22,260 bases of DNA. It comes from a virus. Its lineage: Duplodnaviria > Heunggongvirae > Uroviricota > Caudoviricetes. The stretch covers positions 1 to 22,260 of IMG/VR virus record IMGVR_UViG_3300035660_000003, one strand, 5' to 3'. Below, piece by piece: positions 1 to 7,132 of this stretch. Under the pieces are notes generated by a model that had not been told where the DNA came from, did not search any database, and saw only the letters and a list, made by a program, of their open reading frames with translations. How positions within the stretch are numbered: the stretch's first letter is position 1; each line of letters begins with the position of its first letter. Both the position numbers and the translations under genes were made by a program.

Positions 1-327
1 CAGAATAGTCCAATAAGCTCCAACAAGATTCCATATGGATGAAATAAGATGGTTTTCTCCGTCATCTCTACCATCCACAACGCAAGCAAGATGTCTCATT
101 GCAGAATCTAAAAATCGTGATACTGGAATTCCCTTCTTCCAATTATTATCTCCATATTTAATAGCTCCCTTTTCATAATGAATTGCTAATGCACGAATTA
201 CTTCCCAAGGAATTAAATCAAATCGTCCTTTCCCAGATATTAAATCTCTAACTGCACCTGTTTTAAATTCAGTTCTTTGTCCAGAATCCTTAATTATATA
301 ATTTTCAACTTTTTTCTTTGTGACCAT
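1..327 (-). CDS. dATP/dGTP diphosphohydrolase-like protein (DUF5664-type), 3' end truncated by window edge; not in ORF track
   Basis: Hand translation from ATG at 327: MVTKKKVENYIIKDSGQRTEFKTGAVRDLISGKGRFDLIPWEVIRALAIHYEKGAIKYGDNNWKKGIPVSRFLDSAMRHL...GENHLISSIWNL. The GAVRD / GRFDLIP / GA.KYG..NW.KG / SAMRHL / HL...WN motifs are typical of this phage family. GTGAT SD upstream. Confidence 0.8.
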   Translation of the reverse strand, partial: MVTKKKVENYIIKDSGQRTEFKTGAVRDLISGKGRFDLIPWEVIRALAIHYEKGAIKYGDNNWKKGIPVSRFLDSAMRHLACVVDGRDDGENHLISSIWNLVGAYWTIL

Positions 328-511
328 TTTTATCACTATCCTGTAATTTCTGTATCTCGTCGCTAATAAACTTTGCGGTTTCTTCCAATGCGTCAAGTCG
401 TTTTTCTATAGCATCAAATCTGAAATATACTTGTTCTAACCACATCCATTGAGCCTTCTTCTGCTTCTTTGGATTAGTCTTTCTTGTTTTTGTCTTGCCC
501 GCCACGTTCAT
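305..511 (-). CDS. Small hypothetical protein, basic N-terminus and coiled-coil C-terminus
   Basis: Overlaps the next gene's start. Heptad-like FDAIEKRLDALEETAKFISDEIQKL. True start may be GTG at 505 (GAGGT SD 6 nt upstream). Confidence 0.55.
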   Translation of the reverse strand: MNVAGKTKTRKTNPKKQKKAQWMWLEQVYFRFDAIEKRLDALEETAKFISDEIQKLQDSDKNGHKEKS

Positions 512-611
512 ACCTCTTTTTCAAATTTTCAAACTCTTCTTCCCATTTTTCCAAAGACTTCTCTTTCTTTTTAGGTCTATTCTTCCGTTCTTTTGATACT
601 ATATTATTCAC
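474..611 (-). CDS. Possible 45-aa Lys/Glu-rich protein (not in ORF track)
   Basis: GTG at 611 overlaps the HNH stop. Reads VNNIVSKERKNRPKKKEKSLEKWEEEFENLKKRYERGGQDKNKKD and fills an otherwise empty gap in a tightly packed operon. Confidence 0.35.
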   Translation of the reverse strand: MNNIVSKERKNRPKKKEKSLEKWEEEFENLKKRYERGGQDKNKKD

Positions 612-1098
612 TCTCCTTTATATGCGGGCATATGCCGTCATTTCGTTGTTTTCCGCAGTTACAATTATAACAAAGCACACGATAACCTTCTGGAAAATTG
701 TTCTTTTTAAGCCAGAAATAAAATCTCCATCCACCCGAATATTTAATTTGTTTTCGATGTTCAGCACCATCATTTTTAACATGGTCTATAGTAAGAAAAA
801 GAATATTAGACTCATTACAACCTTTACATTGACACTTGGGTGGATTACCACCATAATGAGTCAGAACTTCTTCACGTAATTGTCGAATGTATTTTTTGGA
901 ATATTTTCTCGCTTCATTGCGATGAAATTCACGATACTTCTTACTTCTGATTAATTCATTGGAACGATTGTTCCAATAACGTTTACGATTAATTTCATTT
1001 TCACAACTTTTACAATACGCCCTGATTTTTCCTTTTAAAGATTTTTTATGAAATTCTGAATCATTTTTTGTTTTTTTGCACTTTGGACATCTTTTCAT
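604..1098 (-). CDS. HNH-type (homing) endonuclease with N-terminal C2C2 zinc finger
   Basis: N-terminal CPKC...CKSC, then CQCKGC...LTIDHVKNDG...YRVLCYNCNCGK. GGTGA SD upstream and its own TATA at the end of the primase gene. Confidence 0.85.
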   Translation of the reverse strand: MKRCPKCKKTKNDSEFHKKSLKGKIRAYCKSCENEINRKRYWNNRSNELIRSKKYREFHRNEARKYSKKYIRQLREEVLTHYGGNPPKCQCKGCNESNILFLTIDHVKNDGAEHRKQIKYSGGWRFYFWLKKNNFPEGYRVLCYNCNCGKQRNDGICPHIKESE

Positions 1099-1128
1099 GT
1101 TTTTTCACCACTTATAGTCCGTGTTCCC

Positions 1129-2229
1129 CTATTTAAATCTTTCTTTATTATTTAACAAATTATGTTTCTGCTTTCTCCATATTGGACATTCATCACTTTC
1201 TAAACACCAGCCTTTTTCTTTGAGAACAATGCATCGATAAGGATAAATTCGAGATTCTTCTTTGGTCTTATCCATTTTATCCTTGAAGAATCGTTCAACG
1301 TGATACCTTGTAGTTTTATCAGTAAAATCCTTAAACTTGCGGAATAAATCAACCATCTTTTCCACATCATCATAACCAGAGTAAAACGCCTCATTTAAAA
1401 GAGCCAATCGTTGAGCGTGGCACATTGTTCCAGCGTCTATTCTTTTTTGGAAACACATTCTAATAGAACCTATATAACCATGTGTTTCTTCCCAATGTTC
1501 CTTCGATTCTTCTCGATGTTTTTCTGCATCCTCTTTACGTTTTTGTCTTCGTTTACTGACAACATCGCAAGCCAGTTGTAGGTGTTTTCGTTTCAAACCA
1601 TAAAGTCGATAGAAATCAAGTTCTCTCAACTTTGTCGGTTCAAAATTAATATCAAGAACTTTACATTCTTCCCCAGATATTTCATGGATAGACGTTGGAA
1701 TTCGTGCCATGTTTTTAATACTTGAAGAAACAGAATCAAAATATCTGTATTCGTGAGAATTGCCCTTAATGAATATCATTTGAAGTTCCTTATAGACATC
1801 ATTCCAATAATCAATATCAGAAGAGATTTCATAAATGCTGTCAAAAAATAAATATACGTGATAACCCTTTCGAGTTTTGACTATTAATGGTTGAATTCCA
1901 TGAGATATTTCGAGCATTTTATTTACAAATATTCTTATCTCGACTTCTAATTCTTTCCTGCGTTTTTTAATTTGATTCTCTGTAAGTTCTTCACTCTTTG
2001 TTCCATAATCGAAATCCCAAAAAACTTTCTCGACACCATAGACCATATCATGGTCAGTTCTTGGTTGAATACTCATATATGCTGGTTTTTTATCTTTGGC
2101 ACACTCCTCAACAAAAGTCAAAATATCATTTGGATTATCGTAAAAAACCTGAGTGGGATTTCCGAAATCCCGCCCAAAATTACCAAACCATTCCAATAAA
2201 AATTGTTCTCTAGTTATATGGTCAATCAC
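1129..2229 (-). CDS. AEP-superfamily primase: PriS-like catalytic domain fused to a PriL-like Fe-S C-terminal domain
   Basis: Motif I FWDFD, motif II KTRKGYHVY, motif III YFD...MARIPTSIHEISG. C-terminal IRMC...HAQRLAL...F..FKDF...TTRYHV...YRC..L...GWC....CP resembles PriL-CTD. Confidence 0.85.
   Translation of the reverse strand: MIDHITREQFLLEWFGNFGRDFGNPTQVFYDNPNDILTFVEECAKDKKPAYMSIQPRTDHDMVYGVEKVFWDFDYGTKSEELTENQIKKRRKELEVEIRIFVNKMLEISHGIQPLIVKTRKGYHVYLFFDSIYEISSDIDYWNDVYKELQMIFIKGNSHEYRYFDSVSSSIKNMARIPTSIHEISGEECKVLDINFEPTKLRELDFYRLYGLKRKHLQLACDVVSKRRQKRKEDAEKHREESKEHWEETHGYIGSIRMCFQKRIDAGTMCHAQRLALLNEAFYSGYDDVEKMVDLFRKFKDFTDKTTRYHVERFFKDKMDKTKEESRIYPYRCIVLKEKGWCLESDECPIWRKQKHNLLNNKERFK
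1130..1142 (-). promoter_or_regulatory. TATA box (AAAGATTTAAATA) for the HNH gene, overlapping the primase stop codon
   Basis: Matches the TTTAAATA core used elsewhere in the window; about 30 nt upstream of the ATG at 1098. Confidence 0.5.
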
Positions 2230-2785
2230 TTTTTCTTCTCTCTTCTACAAGTTGTCTTATTCTTGGCATTTCACTTTTAAGATAACTAATTAGACCCCGT
2301 TCATTCCTAAAAACTTTCACACAAGCATATTGAATCCAAGGATGAGTGAATAATCTGGTAGTGGTCGTGACCAGAAACACTTGTTTTCCTAAAAATTCCT
2401 TCATAATATAACCACGTTTGGCGAGCCATTTGAATATTCCGCCACAAGTCCAGATTTCACAAGTAGTTCCAGTTGAACCTTCTGGCATGAATGCGATTAT
2501 TCCATCAGCACCTCGAATCAGGTCTAAGTCGGTTTCAACTATATCTTCATGCCTATGAACAAGTTTGCTTGTGAATATCTCCATTGCCTCAGCATCTCTC
2601 CCTAAATCATCCGCCATTTTAACTTCTGGACGAGTTTCCTTCCAAGAACCGTCTTTCTCGTAAAATGGATTAATGGTATCAATTCCCATTTTCTGTAATT
2701 CAGGAATTATTTTATCTCTTACATGATGTCTCTCACTAAACGTATGAGCTATATAGAAAATCGGTTTTATTTTTTTAGTCTTCAT
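2222..2785 (-). CDS. Nucleoside 2-deoxyribosyltransferase / nucleotide N-glycosidase family protein
   Basis: FYIAH...INPF...IVETDLDLIRGADGIIAF...STGTTCEI matches the flavodoxin-like NDT signature (DL..I..AD, S.GT..E with catalytic Glu). Confidence 0.75.
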   Translation of the reverse strand: MKTKKIKPIFYIAHTFSERHHVRDKIIPELQKMGIDTINPFYEKDGSWKETRPEVKMADDLGRDAEAMEIFTSKLVHRHEDIVETDLDLIRGADGIIAFMPEGSTGTTCEIWTCGGIFKWLAKRGYIMKEFLGKQVFLVTTTTRLFTHPWIQYACVKVFRNERGLISYLKSEMPRIRQLVEERRKSD

Positions 2786-3206
2786 TTTTTGCCATCTCTA
2801 ATAATTTCTGTGCAAGTGGGTTTATATTCTTTTCGGTTTTTAACATTTGAATTAAAGCGGTCATAACTCCTATGAATTTATCAAGTTGTTTTCCTTCGAG
2901 CAACCTAGCAGTATTTGCAACTCTTTCTGGATTAGCATAAAATAATGTTCTAATTGCATCGGCTAATTGATGACAATAGTAACAAAATTCGCTAGTATTA
3001 TCAAGAGCAAGAAGTGGATTTTTCTTAACGGTTTGAGGGGCATATGCGTAATACCAATGATGTAATGCGGTATTTTTAATTTCTCCACTTTCAACTGATT
3101 TACCACAGGCTTCACAAATGTGATTTCTGGGGTCAAACGGCAAAGTAACTACGCAACCACCGCCATGTGCTCCAGCATATCTCATTTTATATGGTTTATC
3201 AGTCAT
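2775..3206 (-). CDS. Zn-binding HNH-like protein
   Basis: CEACG...ALHHW...FCYYCHQ. Start moved to ATG 3206, which forms an ATGA overlap with the upstream stop. Confidence 0.5.
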   Translation of the reverse strand: MTDKPYKMRYAGAHGGGCVVTLPFDPRNHICEACGKSVESGEIKNTALHHWYYAYAPQTVKKNPLLALDNTSEFCYYCHQLADAIRTLFYANPERVANTARLLEGKQLDKFIGVMTALIQMLKTEKNINPLAQKLLEMAKNED

Positions 3207-3664
3207 GCTCTTTGTGCCCATTTTATTAACCTGCATAATTCACAATCACTTTGACCAGAATATAATATTGTCTCTTCCTCGTCGTCTTCAACATCTATGA
3301 AAAATTTTTCCCAACATTCAGCATGATAATAATAATGCTTATTTCTTCGATGTCTCGAAACAACTTCTTGAGTCCAAGTTATACATTTCTTTGGAATAAC
3401 TCTTCCACAACCAGAGCATTTAAGAAGAACTGTTCGAGCCTTATCATCCCATTCAATGCCAGCAGAATAATCAGTTTTAATTCCGCATCGTGGACAAGTT
3501 CCAAATCCTTTAATTTCTATATCTTTTCCAAAATCATTATCAGAACTTCCAGATGGATGGAAAAGACAAGTATCAGATGCACATAATAATCTATCATCTT
3601 TGCACATTCCCCGTCCTTTCAAAATTGCTTTAACGTGTGGAGTTAATCTAAATCTCATCGTCAT
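3203..3664 (-). CDS. Cys-rich multi-zinc-finger hypothetical protein
   Basis: CASDTC, CPRC, CSGC, HAEC, CELC motifs; translationally coupled to both neighbours. Confidence 0.65.
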   Translation of the reverse strand: MTMRFRLTPHVKAILKGRGMCKDDRLLCASDTCLFHPSGSSDNDFGKDIEIKGFGTCPRCGIKTDYSAGIEWDDKARTVLLKCSGCGRVIPKKCITWTQEVVSRHRRNKHYYYHAECWEKFFIDVEDDEEETILYSGQSDCELCRLIKWAQRA

Positions 3665-4645
3665 TTATGATTCCTCTTCAGATGGTTGTTCTTCTCCTTC
3701 TGGAATTGGTTCACCCTTCTTTTTGCCTTCTATGTTTTCTTGTGCCTGCTTTTCAGCGAATTTTTCTTCCCTTTCTTTTAATGCCTTTGCAACTTTAGCG
3801 GAATCTGGCACGTTATCGATACCCTTCTCATTAATTAGAAATGCTCTTTCAGCCAATGCTGTATAACTTGAATCCATCATTTCCACAACTCTAACATTTC
3901 CAGTTGCCTTTCGGAAGAATAAGATAAAATCTGGCTGATGCTCTACTGAACGTCCACCGATTGGCATTTGAATATCCGACAATGATGCATATGGTGTAGC
4001 CACGGGTTTATCATAAATTTGAGTCGTATAAACAAGTGCCGCCTGATGCAAATCGGCTATTCTTTCAAGAGCCAAAACGAATTCTCTAATCAATCCGTTT
4101 TTGACTTGAACTGTTTCTCTTCCAAGAAATTCAACTCCTCGGAAGAGTTTCGATATGGAGTCACAAATTATCAAATCCACTTTCTCAGTATCCGATGGGG
4201 CTGGAAGACTTTGAATAATCATCATTTGTTCTATCCAAGATTTTGGTCTATAGTAAATGATTTTATCTCTAACGGATTCCCAATTTAATTGTCTGGCTTC
4301 GCATATCTGTTTCAACCGTTCAATTCTAAGACTTTTTTCAGGGTCGATATAAATTACTCTATTTGGACAAAGAACTGCCATAGTTAAACACGTTTGAGTT
4401 TTCCCAGAACGGAATGCACCATACATTAGAAGAGATTTGCCTTCTGGAATTCCGCCACTAATTATTTCATCAATTACCGTTCCAGTCTTAATTTTGATTT
4501 CTTTTGATTCTGATTCTTCCAATTCTTTTAAGGAGATTGGATTTAATGCATCTTTCTTCTTGTATCTATCGAGATATTCCTTGAAGAGTGCTCCTTTTTG
4601 TTTGACGAGAAGTTCCTTAACGTCCATAATTTCGTCGCCAGTCAT
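3665..4645 (-). CDS. radA: RadA/Rad51-family recombinase lacking the N-terminal HhH domain
   Basis: IKTGTVIDEIISGGIPEGK, Walker A YGAFRSGKTQ, YIDPEKS.R.ERL.QI, Walker B LIICDSI..LFR.EF.GR, TTQI...PIGG...H, and the C-terminal F.I.E.GI. Confidence 0.92.
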   Translation of the reverse strand: MTGDEIMDVKELLVKQKGALFKEYLDRYKKKDALNPISLKELEESESKEIKIKTGTVIDEIISGGIPEGKSLLMYGAFRSGKTQTCLTMAVLCPNRVIYIDPEKSLRIERLKQICEARQLNWESVRDKIIYYRPKSWIEQMMIIQSLPAPSDTEKVDLIICDSISKLFRGVEFLGRETVQVKNGLIREFVLALERIADLHQAALVYTTQIYDKPVATPYASLSDIQMPIGGRSVEHQPDFILFFRKATGNVRVVEMMDSSYTALAERAFLINEKGIDNVPDSAKVAKALKEREEKFAEKQAQENIEGKKKGEPIPEGEEQPSEEES

Positions 4646-4899
4646 TGTATGTTCCCCTTCTTAATATAATCTTCTATTACTGGTTTCATTTTTTCCCAGT
4701 CTTTAACGAAATTGATTCCGAACTTATGTTTTCGTTTCCATTTATCATCCTTCTTCTGCCAGAGAAATATCATAACTTTATTGTGACCGAACATATTCGC
4801 CAAAACAACAGCGTGCCACCATTTTGCAGTTTTATAGATTGTGGTGTATTCAATCACGGAAATTGTGGGGTCAACTGGAAGTGGTTCGTCAACTGACAT
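4642..4899 (-). CDS. Small protein, possibly PC4-like ssDNA-binding protein
   Basis: Beta-rich pattern VMIFLWQKKDDKWKRKHKFGINFVKDWEKMKPVI resembles the PC4 ..W.P..KGI.L...W..L ending; adjacent to radA. CDS likely, function tentative. Start moved to ATG 4899. Confidence 0.55.
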   Translation of the reverse strand: MSVDEPLPVDPTISVIEYTTIYKTAKWWHAVVLANMFGHNKVMIFLWQKKDDKWKRKHKFGINFVKDWEKMKPVIEDYIKKGNIQ

Positions 4900-5323
4900 A
4901 TTTCTCACTCTTTTGTTTAGCTAATTCCTCTCCCTTACTGAATAATTGTTTAAGCAGACCAACTGTTTTTTGTTTTCCACTTATACTCATATAGACATCT
5001 CCTAAAGTTTCAAACAATATGCCATATGCCAAATAACCGTTAATATTCACGTTTTGGAAAATTTCTTCAATGACCAGTTTAATGGCAACCATTCTTTTCA
5101 TTATGTTGTCCTTGACTTCGGGACCTTCATTTACACAAACTGCCAAATATTTAGAAATATATTTGAGATTCTCCATCAAATCTTTGAATTCGGGGCTAAG
5201 GTCTTCATCTTTCTGCCAGATTTCACAACCTTGTTGCACCCGTCTTTCAACGGGTTTATCCAGTTCATCTAAATCCAATTCGAGAACGAGTTTTCTTTTT
5301 TCTTTCTTTGGTTCTTCTGTCAT
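4889..5323 (-). CDS. Hypothetical alpha-helical protein
   Basis: ATGA overlap with upstream gene at 5320-5323; contiguous operon packing. Confidence 0.7.
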   Translation of the reverse strand: MTEEPKKEKRKLVLELDLDELDKPVERRVQQGCEIWQKDEDLSPEFKDLMENLKYISKYLAVCVNEGPEVKDNIMKRMVAIKLVIEEIFQNVNINGYLAYGILFETLGDVYMSISGKQKTVGLLKQLFSKGEELAKQKSEKYVS

Positions 5324-5595
5324 TCGCAACCCTCACATGGTTTCTTAGCAAACTCAATTGAATCTTCTGCGAGCAACATTCTACATCCATCTTTAATTGC
5401 CAAAATTGTCACCTTTTCGTCAATGGCTTTAATTATTTGTGCACAAATGAATTTTGGCATATTTTTAGGAAGTGAAATATCAATACATCTTGTGATTGCC
5501 TTTCCATCAGTATTTGTATCTACCCATAGAATTAATGTAATCAACTTACCAGCAAAGAATTTCGTCTCTAGGATTTTTTCTAACGAATTTGGCAT
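5320..5595 (-). CDS. Hypothetical protein, first gene of the replication operon
   Basis: GTGAT SD and a BRE/TATA promoter 36-55 nt upstream. Confidence 0.7.
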   Translation of the reverse strand: MPNSLEKILETKFFAGKLITLILWVDTNTDGKAITRCIDISLPKNMPKFICAQIIKAIDEKVTILAIKDGCRMLLAEDSIEFAKKPCEGCE

Positions 5596-5630
5596 ATATT
5601 AATCACTTATAAGAAAAAGTATAGAAACTA

Positions 5631-5650
5631 CTTAATAAAGGTTGCGGTTA
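5631..5650 (-). promoter_or_regulatory. Archaeal BRE+TATA promoter TAACCGCAACCTTTATTAAG
   Basis: The 16-mer TAACCGCAACCTTTAT is identical to 14063-14078; both sit about 35-40 nt before a GTGATTAA..ATG start. Confidence 0.8.
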
Positions 5651-6280
5651 TCGGACGGTTACACTTTTCGCTAGATTTTCAAATTTTTCTTTATTTCGCA
5701 AATAAATATGAAACCCATCATGACAATAAGAACACATTAAAACAAAATCTTCGATATGATTTTTGGTATATGATGGACTACAACTATGACGTTTTCCATG
5801 AACTTCATGACAAACCATTTTCCTTCGTATTTTACCACAAATAAAACAGACGCTTCCTAACTTTCGATGATTTTCTTCCACAGATTTTCTTGTATAATCT
5901 CTATCTTCTTGTCTTGATTTCTCTAAGTTTTCTTTATATTTTAAACGTTGATTTTGATTTAGTCTTTCACGATTTTTTTCACGCCATCTTTTCATTCTTT
6001 CTAAATATTTTTTTCTATGTCTTTGATAACATTCTTTAGTTTGTTGTATCTTTTTTTCTCGGTTCTTAGCATAATTTTCTTTATAAAAATTTGGGCGTTT
6101 CTCATGCCACTCTTTCATATAATTGTTATATTTTTCAAGTCCTTCCAATGTTCCTCGCCTTTTTCGATTAGCTTTTCTACATTGTTCTTTTGCTCGTTCT
6201 GGATTTCTCTCACGCCATCTTTTTGATTTTTCTCTATTTAGTCGCTTTCTTCTCATTTCTTTCGTTTCAGATATTTCCAT
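5648..6280 (-). CDS. HNH-type homing endonuclease with a long Arg/Lys-rich helical N-terminus
   Basis: Repeated WRE(R/K)N(P/R)E segments, then CFICG...VCHEVH...FVLMCSYCHDGFH. Confidence 0.8.
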   Translation of the reverse strand: MEISETKEMRRKRLNREKSKRWRERNPERAKEQCRKANRKRRGTLEGLEKYNNYMKEWHEKRPNFYKENYAKNREKKIQQTKECYQRHRKKYLERMKRWREKNRERLNQNQRLKYKENLEKSRQEDRDYTRKSVEENHRKLGSVCFICGKIRRKMVCHEVHGKRHSCSPSYTKNHIEDFVLMCSYCHDGFHIYLRNKEKFENLAKSVTVR

Positions 6281-6298
6281 TATTTGTCACTGATTTAG

Positions 6299-6334
6299 TA
6301 AAAGCGTTACTTGTATTTAAGTTTTACGCTTTTA
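6299..6334 (-). promoter_or_regulatory. Promoter of the HNH gene (GCGTAAAACTTAAATA, 6314-6329) enclosed by a 9-bp inverted repeat
   Basis: TAAAAGCGT (6299-6307) and ACGCTTTTA (6326-6334) flank the TATA box. Confidence 0.55.
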
Positions 6335-6613
6335 TTTAACAGTAACCGTTTTAGCTAATCCCTTGGGAAAATCAGGGTCGAAAATATGGTGTTTATCGCT
6401 GAGTTTTGCGGTTTTCCATTTTATTAGATTTAAAATATCTTTTTCCCAAATCCAGTCTATGTGTGTCGCATTTAAAATTCGATATTGGACACGAACATCT
6501 ACGCCACGCAATAATAGATAACGAACTTCAAATTCAACATCGTCAAGATTAACATGCCATGTAAAAGATGATGGAGAATAAAAGGCTTTAAGATTTTTAA
6601 TTGTGCCCTGCAT
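6332..6613 (-). CDS. Hypothetical protein at the end of the neck/tail-completion operon
   Basis: GTGA SD; directly follows the tail terminator gene. Confidence 0.65.
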   Translation of the reverse strand: MQGTIKNLKAFYSPSSFTWHVNLDDVEFEVRYLLLRGVDVRVQYRILNATHIDWIWEKDILNLIKWKTAKLSDKHHIFDPDFPKGLAKTVTVK

Positions 6614-6624
6614 TTATTTCACGA

Positions 6625-7119
6625 CTATGATAGTGGTCTTTTACAGGATATAAATCCTTCGATGATAATGCGGGAAAATCTAGTTGGACCGCCTTCGACT
6701 TCTGATTCTCTGGTAGTCATTTCATAGAAATAAAGTATTCCAGAAGTTGAATCACCACCGTAATTTTCAAGATATTCAATTACTGCGTCTGCTAAATCCA
6801 TAGCGTTTTTAGCCTTTAAATCTGGGTCATCGGCATTTATTGCAAAAACATGAGCAGAAAAGGGATAAACAACATATAATCCATGAGTCGTGCTAGTTAT
6901 TTTTCGTCCATAAGCAACATCTGTAAATCTGCCAGTTCCAAGTCTGACAGTAACTAATGGAAGTCTTGATTCTTGCAATTCCCAATTTTTAAGTCGCCAA
7001 TTGCCAACAACATGATGCCATTCACTAGGAGAAGTAATGGGAATCAGACTTGAATCTGCATCTTCTATTATCGAAATTATTTTTGACTTAACAACTTCCA
7101 TGTGTCCAACTGTTGACAT
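6625..7119 (-). CDS. Tail terminator / tail completion protein
   Basis: RLPLVTVR...FSAHVFA...KNAMDLADAVIEYL pattern, size (164 aa) and position after the adaptor. GGTGATTAA SD. Confidence 0.65.
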   Translation of the reverse strand: MSTVGHMEVVKSKIISIIEDADSSLIPITSPSEWHHVVGNWRLKNWELQESRLPLVTVRLGTGRFTDVAYGRKITSTTHGLYVVYPFSAHVFAINADDPDLKAKNAMDLADAVIEYLENYGGDSTSGILYFYEMTTRESEVEGGPTRFSRIIIEGFISCKRPLS

Positions 7120-7132
7120 TTAATCACCAAAT

